From NCBI GenBank assembly GCA_041480925.1, contig JBGPAV010000001.1:1-33494 (forward strand): a stretch of DNA of 33,494 nt, written 5' to 3'. Source of the DNA: Candidatus Bathyarchaeia archaeon. Its GTDB lineage: Archaea; Thermoproteota; Bathyarchaeia; Bathyarchaeales; Bathycorpusculaceae. Positions 24,297 through 33,353 of the stretch are shown here, one piece after another. The notes under the pieces were generated by a model. That model was not told the origin of the DNA, did no database searches, and worked only from the letters and a program-made list of their open reading frames with translations. Each line of letters opens with the position of its first letter. Within the stretch, counting starts at the first letter, position 1. A program made the position numbers and the translations under genes.

Positions 24297-25268
24297 TTGA
24301 GCTTTGAGATGTGGGCTGAGAAATATCGGCCGAAATCATTGGAGGCCATAGTTGACCAGAAAGAGATAGTTGATCGCCTCAAGAGCTTTGTGAAAGCAAG
24401 GAACGTGCCGCACTGTATCCTTGCTGGTCCACCTGGAACAGGAAAGACCACCGCAGCACTCTGCTTGTCAAGGGATCTGTACGGTGATGCCTACAGGGAA
24501 CACACTATGGAGTTAAACGCAAGCGACGAAAGAGGCATTGATGTTGTACGAGAAACTGTGAAAACCTTCGCCCGAGTGAAGTCTATTGGTGAAATCCCAT
24601 TCAAGATAATGATTTTGGATGAAGCGGATAACATGACTTCAGACGCTCAGCAAGCTTTGAGGAGGACGATGGAGCGGTATACTGGGACATGCAGGTTCAT
24701 AATGTGCGCAAATTACAGCGGAAAAATTATAGAGCCGATTCAGTCAAGATGCGCGCCTTTCAGATTCTCATACTTACCCAGAAAAGAACAAGACGCGTAT
24801 CTAAATCAGATAGCCGAGAAAGAGAAAATCAAACTGACAGTCGACGGTCTAGACGCCATCTTTGAAGTCTGTGGCGGAGATCTAAGAAAGGCTATAAATA
24901 CTCTGCAGGCAGCCACATCTTTAGAGAAGCCCGTAGATGCCAAGGTTGTTTACTCAATTGCGGGAAAAGCAAGTCCTGCTGACGTGCAAAAAATGCTGAA
25001 AACCGCCATGGATGGCAACTTCATTGAATCCAGAAAACAGCTACGTGACATGATTCAAAAATATGGCGTTGCCGGTAGCGACATAATACGTCAGATTCAT
25101 TCGGAAATCTTCAGAACCGAGATTCCTGAACCTTGGCGCATAAAACTAGCTGGCATTATAGGCGAAGTCGACTACAGACTTGTCGAAGGTGCAGACGAAG
25201 AGGTTCAGCTAAGCGCGTTGTTAGCGAGACTTGTTGAAGCTGGCTCTGAATTGAAGAAGGCACACTAG
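24297..25268 (+). CDS. rfcS: Replication factor C small subunit
   Basis: WAEKYRP, Walker A GPPGTGKTT, ILDEADNM and the SRC motif (QSRCAPFRF). The start is TTG 24297 (10 nt after GAGGAG) or ATG 24309. Confidence 0.95.
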   Translation: MSFEMWAEKYRPKSLEAIVDQKEIVDRLKSFVKARNVPHCILAGPPGTGKTTAALCLSRDLYGDAYREHTMELNASDERGIDVVRETVKTFARVKSIGEIPFKIMILDEADNMTSDAQQALRRTMERYTGTCRFIMCANYSGKIIEPIQSRCAPFRFSYLPRKEQDAYLNQIAEKEKIKLTVDGLDAIFEVCGGDLRKAINTLQAATSLEKPVDAKVVYSIAGKASPADVQKMLKTAMDGNFIESRKQLRDMIQKYGVAGSDIIRQIHSEIFRTEIPEPWRIKLAGIIGEVDYRLVEGADEEVQLSALLARLVEAGSELKKAH

Positions 25269-25278
25269 GTGCAGACTT

Positions 25279-26538
25279 TTGTACGCTTCTTGGGTCATCA
25301 AACACAAACCAAGATCTTTAAACCAGATCATCGGAAATAAAGAAACCATCCAGAAACTTGCCGATTGGGTCAAAGCTTGGAGCAAAGGCGTACCTCCTAA
25401 GAGAGCTGTTTTTTTATATGGGCCTCCTGGAATTGGCAAGTCCATAACTGTTGAGGCTTTAGCCAATGACCTAGGAATGGAGCTTGTGGAGAAAAATGCA
25501 AGCGACTATAGAACTGAAGATGCCGTGAATCGCTTCGCTGGACTGGCCTCGCAGTTTGGTTCACTGTTTGGCGGAAGAAGAATAGTTTTGCTGGATGAGC
25601 TTGACGGATTAATTGGAACGGCAGACAAGGGCGGAGTGAAAGCAATAACAGAAGTTGTCAAAGTCGCACAATGTCCAATCATCCTTATCGCAAACAGTGC
25701 TTACGAACCCAAATTCACGAACTTGCGCATTTACTGTCTTTTGCTAGAGTTCAAGAAGCCGCCTATTGGAGAAGTCGCGAAACTGTTGAAAGGAATATGT
25801 GACGTTGAAGGCATTCAAGCCGATGAAAACGCGTTGAAGTTTATTGCGCAACGCTCTGAAGGTGACGTGCGATCTGCGGTGAATGACCTTCAGGCTTTGG
25901 CTCAAGGCAAAAAGAAGCTAGGTTATGAGGATGTTTCTTGGCTCGGATACAGGGATAGGCAGGACACGATCTTCAACGTTCTGAAGCTGATCATCTATGG
26001 CAAGACTTGCGCCAGCGCGAAACAGGCAGTTAACATGGCTGACATTGACATCGACATGCTTTTTGAGTGGATTTATGAGAACATTCCTGACCATTTCACT
26101 GATCCGCATGATTTGGCACAGGCAATGGACGCTCTTTCAACCGCGGACTTGTACAGAGGGAGAATACGTGCCACGCAAAACTGGAGTTTTACACGCTACG
26201 TCATTGACTACATGACTGCCGGCGTGGCTATGGCCCGCCAAAACTCCAAGACATCTGGCTGGATACCATTCAAGTTCCCAAGTCGCATTCAAATGCTGTC
26301 TCGATCTAGAAGCGAAAGAGCAATGCAGTCGAGTATTGGACAAAAAATCAAAAGAAGATGTCATGTTTCTGCTGTCAGAGCCTCAAAGGAAATTCTGCCA
26401 TACCTAAAGATAATCTTCAAAAACAACGCAGAAATAGCCGCTGGACTCGCTAAGTGGCTTGATCTGGATCAGGAAATGATAACTTACATTGTCGGCAGCG
26501 ACGAGAAGGCAGAGGCTATAATGAAACTGTTGAGTTGA
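25279..26538 (+). CDS. rfcL: Replication factor C large subunit
   Basis: W.IKHKPRSL, Walker A YGPPGIGKS, LLDELD and GDVRSAVNDLQ. The start is TTG, 10 nt after the rfcS stop. Confidence 0.85.
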   Translation: MYASWVIKHKPRSLNQIIGNKETIQKLADWVKAWSKGVPPKRAVFLYGPPGIGKSITVEALANDLGMELVEKNASDYRTEDAVNRFAGLASQFGSLFGGRRIVLLDELDGLIGTADKGGVKAITEVVKVAQCPIILIANSAYEPKFTNLRIYCLLLEFKKPPIGEVAKLLKGICDVEGIQADENALKFIAQRSEGDVRSAVNDLQALAQGKKKLGYEDVSWLGYRDRQDTIFNVLKLIIYGKTCASAKQAVNMADIDIDMLFEWIYENIPDHFTDPHDLAQAMDALSTADLYRGRIRATQNWSFTRYVIDYMTAGVAMARQNSKTSGWIPFKFPSRIQMLSRSRSERAMQSSIGQKIKRRCHVSAVRASKEILPYLKIIFKNNAEIAAGLAKWLDLDQEMITYIVGSDEKAEAIMKLLS

Positions 26539-26555
26539 AAGCCACTCTGGCTGCA

Positions 26556-26885
26556 TCAGTGGATTTTGCTGCCTTCAGCGATGTCTTTCTCTGGCTGTAA
26601 TAGTACGACGTTGCCTTTGCCGTCTTCAGCGGCGAAAACCATGCATTGGCTTTCTATTCCCATAAGTTTTCTTCTCTGAAGATTCAGGATAAACGCGCAC
26701 TTCTTGCCTACAAGTTCTTCTGGCTTATAATACTGCAATAGTCCTGCGACTGCATGTCTCTTCTCAGCTCCGAAATCCACAATCATTTTTATGAGGTTTC
26801 TTGAGCCAGGGATCTGGCTTGCTTCTAGGATTTTTCCAATGCGTAAGTCTAGTTTCTGAAACTCTTCAAAAGGTATTTCTGTCAT
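26556..26885 (-). CDS. tRNA-binding domain protein (CsaA/Trbp111-like)
   Basis: F.KLDLRIGKILEA..VDFG..R..VAGL..YY.PEELVGK...ILNL..RKLMGIES. Confidence 0.8.
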   Translation of the reverse strand: MTEIPFEEFQKLDLRIGKILEASQIPGSRNLIKMIVDFGAEKRHAVAGLLQYYKPEELVGKKCAFILNLQRRKLMGIESQCMVFAAEDGKGNVVLLQPEKDIAEGSKIH

Positions 26886-26920
26886 AATATTCCCTTTCTC
26901 CCATCTCCATCACAAAACTA

Positions 26921-27628
26921 TTAAGTTTTGTGCGCATTTCTTCTCCGTTTTATTTTCTCGATGGTCTTTGCCACGCCTTCCCAATCTTCGGCAGCTTTTG
27001 AGTGAACTATCTCGAATGCTTCTTTCGAATTTAATCCATGTAGTTCCTGTCCGATCGTCTTTCTAGTAAGATACGCTGCCGCGTTCAAGACATCGCCATT
27101 TAATCTTGAATCTGACAGATCTGCCAGATGAACGATCAGAGCTTCAACCGTCCTAGGTCTGATAGGACCATAGTTTCCGTGATGAGCGGCAACAATGTGG
27201 ATCAGTTCTACTGGGAAGTCTCTTCGACTGAGTTCCGAAGTTGCAAGGGACAGATGATCCAAGTAATCAGCTAGGTGTGTTGAGTCATAACTGCCATTTT
27301 CTGTAACCAAGTATGTGACTGGCTTGCAAATGTCATGAAGTAACGTGCCGGCTAGCACGAGATCTCGATTAGCTTTGCCTTCATAGATATTTTCCACTGA
27401 ATCACAAATCGCTAATGCTATGTTCGCGGTTGAGAGAACGTGCTCTATGAATCCTCCTGGATAGCAGTGGTGGTGCGAGCGGCCTGCAGGCGAAACATTG
27501 AGAGAAAGTCCGATGTGCTTTTTTCCATTGATCTCAAACGACGGGTTTTCTAGGAGATCAATGGTCTTCTCTCGAAGTTTCTTGTCTTGAATTTTGCTGA
27601 CCAGTTTTCTTAAGCTTGGGTGTAGCAA
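26921..27628 (-). CDS. HD-domain metal-dependent phosphohydrolase (YhaM-like HD module)
   Basis: HHHCYPGGFIEH, LLHDICKP, AAHHG and HLADLSD motifs. Confidence 0.7.
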   Translation of the reverse strand: MLHPSLRKLVSKIQDKKLREKTIDLLENPSFEINGKKHIGLSLNVSPAGRSHHHCYPGGFIEHVLSTANIALAICDSVENIYEGKANRDLVLAGTLLHDICKPVTYLVTENGSYDSTHLADYLDHLSLATSELSRRDFPVELIHIVAAHHGNYGPIRPRTVEALIVHLADLSDSRLNGDVLNAAAYLTRKTIGQELHGLNSKEAFEIVHSKAAEDWEGVAKTIEKIKRRRNAHKT

Positions 27629-27648
27629 CTTGCTTCACTCTCTCTTCG

Positions 27649-28332
27649 TTACTCACTTATTGAATATTGCCTTTTTCGTTTCTCCTCTGTAGCTATTTCA
27701 TGAGCTCTTAGCAGAGGTTCAGGTATCCTGTTCTTCTGTGTACAATGTTTGATAATTCCTATGGCGGTGTCCAGTGAAACCATATGTCCTGTGCTGACAT
27801 AGACTGGTTTGCCGCCATGACCAGTTGAAACTGCAGCTCCAACGATTTCGTTTTTGTGCTTGAGGAAAGTGATGTTTTCTTCTATTGGAGCCTTTATTGT
27901 TTCGCCAAAAAGTCTACTCTTCGCAGCTCCGATTGTCGGCTTCCTTATGACTAAACCTAGATGGCTAGCAAATCCGCAATGATAGGGGTGAGCGTAACCT
28001 TGTCCGTCAACTAGGAACAAGTCTGGTTGAGTTTTCAACTTTCTGATGCTCATCACAGTCGAGCGTATTTCTCTGAACGACAACAATGTGGGGATATACG
28101 GAATCTGGGTTTCGCAGACAGCTGTCTGAGACTCTACAAGCTCAAGAGAGTCATAATCCATGACTGCCACCGCTCCAATCGAAAGGTTTTTCGCATAGGC
28201 AACATCAACACCTGCAACTCGTCTGATTTTGCTTGGCAGCCTGTCTTCGAGAATCAGCTTTTTCGCCAATCGAGTTTGCGCTTCATGTGCCTTTCTGACT
28301 GAAAACGTTCGCTGTTGGCAGAGTATAGACAT
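27649..28332 (-). CDS. nfi: Endonuclease V
   Basis: VAGVDVAY, PYIPTLLSFRE and VDGQGYAHP motifs. Confidence 0.9.
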   Translation of the reverse strand: MSILCQQRTFSVRKAHEAQTRLAKKLILEDRLPSKIRRVAGVDVAYAKNLSIGAVAVMDYDSLELVESQTAVCETQIPYIPTLLSFREIRSTVMSIRKLKTQPDLFLVDGQGYAHPYHCGFASHLGLVIRKPTIGAAKSRLFGETIKAPIEENITFLKHKNEIVGAAVSTGHGGKPVYVSTGHMVSLDTAIGIIKHCTQKNRIPEPLLRAHEIATEEKRKRQYSISE

Positions 28333-28359
28333 GGATTTCTACTCAATGATGTCTTGGAA

Positions 28360-29019
28360 TCAGGCCCTTTTCTTGGCCAGCTTCTCAATGCGGCTTAGCT
28401 TCTTTTCGAGCGCACTTCTCCTCACTTCTAGCGTTACGTCTCCGCGGGTTGCTTCAATTATTCTTCTTGCAACGTCACATTTTCTTCTGAGTCCTGAAAC
28501 CAGCATGTAAGCATCATCCAATGCCATGAGTTCGACGTAAATTTCGTCCATCAGCCTCAAGCAATTTTCGCCTTTTTGTACGTCTCCTTCGCGTAGTGCA
28601 TCGAGCGCTAACCGTCTGTACTCTCCGATGACGTCGGCTAGGCCAAGCACGTAGTCGACTGATGGTACGCCTATTTCTTTTGGTGTCACGAATATGGATT
28701 CTTCAACGAGTTTGAGGAGTATGTTTGCTTCAGAGTATTCCTGTAGAGCTGCGTTGAACATGCCGCCGTGAATTATTTCCGGATATTCTTCAGATATTTT
28801 GCTGAGTTTCAAGAGGATCTCTCTGGCTTTTTCTACTAGTTTCTTTGCTTCTTTTTCCTTTTTTTGATGGATTAAAAGTATTGTCTGTTTTGAAAGACTT
28901 GTTGCCTTCCGCATATCGTTGTGAGCTTTCTCTCTGATTTCCTCTTTTTCTTTCAGTTCGTTTTTTACTTCTCTCAATACACTCTTCAGAGACGTCATAG
29001 AATCAGCGCCTGTGCTCAC
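28360..29019 (-). CDS. Translin/TRAX-family protein (archaeal C3PO-like)
   Basis: DYVLGLADVIGEYRR and LRRKCD are family signatures. E-x2-E (QEYSEA) and D-x3-E (DVIGE) match the TRAX-type acidic catalytic residues as I recall them. Confidence 0.65.
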   Translation of the reverse strand: MSTGADSMTSLKSVLREVKNELKEKEEIREKAHNDMRKATSLSKQTILLIHQKKEKEAKKLVEKAREILLKLSKISEEYPEIIHGGMFNAALQEYSEANILLKLVEESIFVTPKEIGVPSVDYVLGLADVIGEYRRLALDALREGDVQKGENCLRLMDEIYVELMALDDAYMLVSGLRRKCDVARRIIEATRGDVTLEVRRSALEKKLSRIEKLAKKRA

Positions 29020-29262
29020 TAGATTGGATGATTAAGTATTTTATTGTATTTCCAAAGAAAGAGAAAGAAGAGAATTGTTTGCTGAGGTTTCGTGAAGCCA
29101 TCTGATCTTTTTACTGCTGAATGTCGACCGACGAGGTGATATTTCTGTCTCTTCATTGTTTCTGCAAGTTGGCTTGGAACAGCAGTTTCCATGTTTTGTC
29201 CCAGTGTTCGTTCGATTACTCGTTTGGAGGTTTAGGAAAAGCAAGTTCGATGAATGTGCAGG

Positions 29263-30447
29263 TTATTCTGGATAACAGTATTCAACTCCCTGAAACTCAG
29301 CCGCTAGTTTTCCTACGTCTTTTCTTAGGCTTTGAACGGATTCTTCGTCAATGATCGCACGTTTGATCAGTTCAGCTATTCTCAACATTTCCTCTTGTTT
29401 CATTCCACGTCTGGTGACTTCACATGTGCCCAGTCTGATAACGCAGTCAGCGATTATGTGCGCATTTTGAAGCTTCTCTGCTATTGTTCTGCTCTTCTCT
29501 GGGGTTCGGTAATTCATTATCACTTGATGTGAACGGGTGAACCCTCGATGCTGGCAGATTACTGGAAAACCATGCTCGTGCAGGGCTTTTGCTAAGGTTT
29601 GAGAGTTTGTGATTACCTGTTTTGCGTATGCTTTTCCAAACTCCTTCATCTCTGCCAAGGCAAGAGTCAGAGCTGCTATGCGGTTCCAGTGAGCGTTGTC
29701 GACGAAGGTCGGGTAAATTTTCTCTTTCAAGAGTTCACCATGTTCTTTGTCTGATAGTATTATGCCTCCTTGAGGGCCGAAGAATGACTTGTGAGTGGAG
29801 CCAAACAAAGCGTGTGCGCCTTCTCTTAATGGATCTTGAAACTGTCCTCCTGCAATAAGGCCTAAGACATGAGAGCCGTCAAATCCCACAAAGGCGCCGT
29901 TTTCCCGCGCAATATTCGCAAGTTCTTTTACTGGATTTGGGAACAATATGAGGCTGGCGCCGAAGATAACGACTTTTGGTTTGATGCGTGTGATTGTTTC
30001 TTTCGCTTTTTCGATGTTAATGTTCCAATCTTTTTCTGAGAATGGAAAAGGCACGGTTTTGAGCTTTAGAAATCCTGCAAGTCCCTCATTCCACATTCCA
30101 GGGTATCCGCCGTTTTGTGGTGAAACACACAACAGCGTGTCATCCTGTTTGGCAAGGTTGGCCAAGATTATCAAGTCTGCGATGTGTCCAGAAAGAGGAC
30201 GTAAATCTGCAATGTCAGCTTGGAACAGCTCTCTGGCAAGTTTCTCGCCATATTGCTCAATCTCGTCAGTGAAGCGTGTTCCCATATAGAATCTGTCTCT
30301 GGCAGTGTACCGATGCGCCAGATCAGAAGACAGCAATCTCCTAGCGGTCGGGCTCATTATGTTTTCCGACGGAATGAGGTTTAAACATTGTTTTTCACGC
30401 CAGTCCTCATGTGTCTTCACCAAAGCCAAGATTTCATCAATCATCAT
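29263..30447 (-). CDS. glyA: Serine hydroxymethyltransferase
   Basis: LNLIPSENIMSP and GSTHKSFFGPQGG (PLP lysine). Confidence 0.9.
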   Translation of the reverse strand: MMIDEILALVKTHEDWREKQCLNLIPSENIMSPTARRLLSSDLAHRYTARDRFYMGTRFTDEIEQYGEKLARELFQADIADLRPLSGHIADLIILANLAKQDDTLLCVSPQNGGYPGMWNEGLAGFLKLKTVPFPFSEKDWNINIEKAKETITRIKPKVVIFGASLILFPNPVKELANIARENGAFVGFDGSHVLGLIAGGQFQDPLREGAHALFGSTHKSFFGPQGGIILSDKEHGELLKEKIYPTFVDNAHWNRIAALTLALAEMKEFGKAYAKQVITNSQTLAKALHEHGFPVICQHRGFTRSHQVIMNYRTPEKSRTIAEKLQNAHIIADCVIRLGTCEVTRRGMKQEEMLRIAELIKRAIIDEESVQSLRKDVGKLAAEFQGVEYCYPE

Positions 30448-30744
30448 CTACACCAGTTCCAACCAGTATTACATAATACTGCTTTAAGTTGCTTTTTCTT
30501 CCGCTGAATTATGATCAGAAGAAGACGGCGCTTGCAGAATTTCTTCTCCTACTTGTTTGAGCGCGCTTTATCGATAGCCTTTAACCAAACAAAAATGGCA
30601 AATTCAATGTTGTTGTTGCCAAAGCCATGAGCGAAGCATGTGAACTTTGGAAAGTTGCTTCAAATGTGCTTGCACAGAGACAACGTACCATTCTTAGAAA
30701 GCAGAAACAATAGTTAAGATGAATGATAAAAGGTAAAGTTTAAA

Positions 30745-32862
30745 ATGCTCCCAGCATTAGAAGTGTTCACAATCTTCAATGTGAATTACGAGGGAAAGAA
30801 TTTGGCTGGATTTCCGATTAGAAAGGTTAAATCTGCTATCTTTTTGACGCTTATAATAGTATCTGCCATGATGACTTTTTCAATCTTGCCTCGCGTAAAT
30901 GCCGAGACAACGATAATTTCTTTGGACCCTGCAGTAGGTTATGTCAACTCCACAGTTCATTTGAAAGGAAATATTACTACTCCAAATGACCTGTATCAGA
31001 TCCTTTGGGACAACGCAACTGTTTTGTTGAATGAGACTGCTGCTGGAAACGAGGTCAACGTTACATTCCGGATTCCTGAGACTGTGGAAGGGTTTCATAG
31101 TGTCATGCTTGTCGATGTAATAGCGAATCAGAGCGTCACTCGGTCTTTCACGGTTATTCCGGCATACTACATGACGGTTGACGTGCCTGAACCACCCAAA
31201 CAGTTACAGGAAGGCGATTCAGTGCCTATAGCAGTCAACATGACGGGCGTTTCAGGAAGTAAGGCTTACGTTGTAAACATTACCGTTCTTACCCCTGGCA
31301 ACTTGAAATGCCAGAAGCTTATGAACGTTACAACCTCTGATGTGGGAAGCAACAGCACTGCTGTTGTCTTTCCAGACAACTTTACGGAGACTAGGGCCAA
31401 AACCAACTTCACCGGAACCTATGCTGTTTTCTTCAACACGTCGCTTGCCCTCTACAACTTTTCAGTGGGATTGACAAGCTCGTTAGAATACCATCGAAAC
31501 CAAACTGTTGACATTCAAGCCCTTTACAAGCCAAGCGAGAACGTGAATATCACTATAACTGGAAACAACGTGCGCAGTTCAGAGAACGTCACGGCTGACA
31601 ACTCCACAGGCTTGGTTCATTATACAAACTGGTTTGTTCCTGAGAATGCGTCGATGGGCACTTACACCGTCAGCATCGTGTCAGCTTCAACGAGTCCAAC
31701 GATAAAGAATCCGCCTGATACACAGAGCTTTACGGTTCCTGGCTACAGCGTTAACATTACCGCACTGAATTTGGCTGGCGAGATAGTGCCGAACGTTTTG
31801 GTGAAAATGCTCGAGAACGAAACCTCTGTTGCTGAAAACCTGACAGATTCAGGCGGTTTGGTGCATTTGAGGCTGGAGATCGGAAACTACACTGGTCAAG
31901 CCCATTATAAAGATATAAAGGTTGGCGAAAATCCCTTGATAGTAATAGCAGATGATTCGCTGCTGAATCTTGATTGCAACCTCACCAACATAAGGGTCGC
32001 TGTGGCAGATGAAGCTGCAAATGATTTGCCAGAGGTAAAGGTACTTCTTATCTCCTCTGTAGACAATCAGACGCTTCTCACCGATATTAATGGAACAGTG
32101 ATTGCTCACTCTATTCTGCCCAACATCACTTACACCATGAACTTCTCACGCTATGACATGCCGTTCAATTCAACGACAATCCCCCTGTTGCCAACGACCG
32201 CATGGTATGACTTACCAATCACTGTTCCAACAATGACATTGAATGTTAGCGTGACTAACGCGAAAGGCCAACCGCTTGAGGGATCGTTGGTGAAGGCACA
32301 GGAGCTGTTGGGCGGCCGATACTATGAAAACAACACAGCCAACGGGTTGGTTTCTCTGAATTGCCCGTTTGGCAAGTACACCGTGAGCGTTTACGTAAGT
32401 GGAACGAAGGTAAATGAGACAATCGTCAGCTTGAATGAAACAACTGTAGACCTGTCCATAAACTGTGGTCTCTACGGCTTGTCTGTCTCAATAAGGATCG
32501 TTGACTATTTTGGTCAAGGAATCCCCAATGCCAATGTAACATGGCAACGTAGCGGCCTTGAAGGTTCGAACATAGCTGGAGCGGATGGCAAAGCCTCATT
32601 CAACAACATTATTGGTGGAGATCTGCAAGTGACAGTGCGCTTGTCTGGCCAATCTGACCCATGCGTAATCGCCCGAACATACGTTGATGCCGCAGTTGAG
32701 TCGGTTGAAGTTAAAATCGACAAATACATTGTCCTGTTTGGCACGCTTGTTGAGACAAGTCGACTTGTGGCGACCATAATCATTGTACTGGCATTAATTC
32801 TAATTCTTTCCTTGGAAATCATTAGAAGACGACGTTTCAAGCCGCAGAAAAGCGAGAGTTGA
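30745..32862 (+). CDS. Secreted, heavily N-glycosylatable surface (S-layer-like) protein with a C-terminal membrane anchor
   Basis: Signal peptide RKVKSAIFLTLIIVSAMMTFSILPRVNA/ETT and 34 N-x-S/T sequons by my hand count. The C-terminal hydrophobic helix is followed by RRRRF. The start is uncertain: TTG 30802, 6 nt after GAGGGA, is an alternative. Confidence 0.6.
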   Translation: MLPALEVFTIFNVNYEGKNLAGFPIRKVKSAIFLTLIIVSAMMTFSILPRVNAETTIISLDPAVGYVNSTVHLKGNITTPNDLYQILWDNATVLLNETAAGNEVNVTFRIPETVEGFHSVMLVDVIANQSVTRSFTVIPAYYMTVDVPEPPKQLQEGDSVPIAVNMTGVSGSKAYVVNITVLTPGNLKCQKLMNVTTSDVGSNSTAVVFPDNFTETRAKTNFTGTYAVFFNTSLALYNFSVGLTSSLEYHRNQTVDIQALYKPSENVNITITGNNVRSSENVTADNSTGLVHYTNWFVPENASMGTYTVSIVSASTSPTIKNPPDTQSFTVPGYSVNITALNLAGEIVPNVLVKMLENETSVAENLTDSGGLVHLRLEIGNYTGQAHYKDIKVGENPLIVIADDSLLNLDCNLTNIRVAVADEAANDLPEVKVLLISSVDNQTLLTDINGTVIAHSILPNITYTMNFSRYDMPFNSTTIPLLPTTAWYDLPITVPTMTLNVSVTNAKGQPLEGSLVKAQELLGGRYYENNTANGLVSLNCPFGKYTVSVYVSGTKVNETIVSLNETTVDLSINCGLYGLSVSIRIVDYFGQGIPNANVTWQRSGLEGSNIAGADGKASFNNIIGGDLQVTVRLSGQSDPCVIARTYVDAAVESVEVKIDKYIVLFGTLVETSRLVATIIIVLALILILSLEIIRRRRFKPQKSES

Positions 32863-32963
32863 GTAGCCAGAATAAAGAGTTCAACAGATAAAAGCTTATA
32901 TCAACTTCAGTGGAACATAAGTATTGAGGATGTACAGCGCGTCGATAGTGAGATTTTATCAGT

Positions 32964-33278
32964 ATGAACTTGTCAGAGGTTGTGCTTACATTGGCTGAAG
33001 TCAAGAAATGTTCTCCAACCTGTCAATCCTTCAAGTGCGCAAAAGACGCTGTTGTTTATCGCCGAGATGGAGTTTGGTGCAGATGGACAGACGAAACGTG
33101 CGATGTTGCAAACTGCACATATACCATGTGCGTGAAACGGCGACTGCTTCCACGCGGAATCTGCGGTGAAACCATAAAGAGAAAAACCATCGAGAAACCA
33201 CCTGAGGAAGTTATTGGTACAACAGTAAAGCTTCGCGGAAGAACTCTGCGCAAAATAGGCGACAAAGAAATCTTCTAG
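32964..33278 (+). CDS. Small cysteine-rich (8 Cys) protein with a basic C-terminal tail, function unknown
   Basis: CSPTCQSFKC..C..C..C..C..C spacing and a Lys/Arg-rich tail. I recognise no family. Confidence 0.45.
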   Translation: MNLSEVVLTLAEVKKCSPTCQSFKCAKDAVVYRRDGVWCRWTDETCDVANCTYTMCVKRRLLPRGICGETIKRKTIEKPPEEVIGTTVKLRGRTLRKIGDKEIF

Positions 33279-33353
33279 AAATACCCCAAAAAAGTTTCAA
33301 GAAGACGATTGCCACCGATCCTTCATGGATTGACTAGTTCAATCCTTTCTTTT

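Noticed and set aside
29020-29262. ORFs 29041-29244 (-) and 29121-29354 (+) lie in the 243-nt spacer between the translin-like gene and glyA. I also looked here for tRNA-like or C/D-box signals.
   Set aside because: The translations are low in complexity and have no motifs. The two ORFs overlap each other, and one also overlaps the end of glyA. I found no acceptor or T-arm pairing and no proper box spacing. The region is left unannotated.
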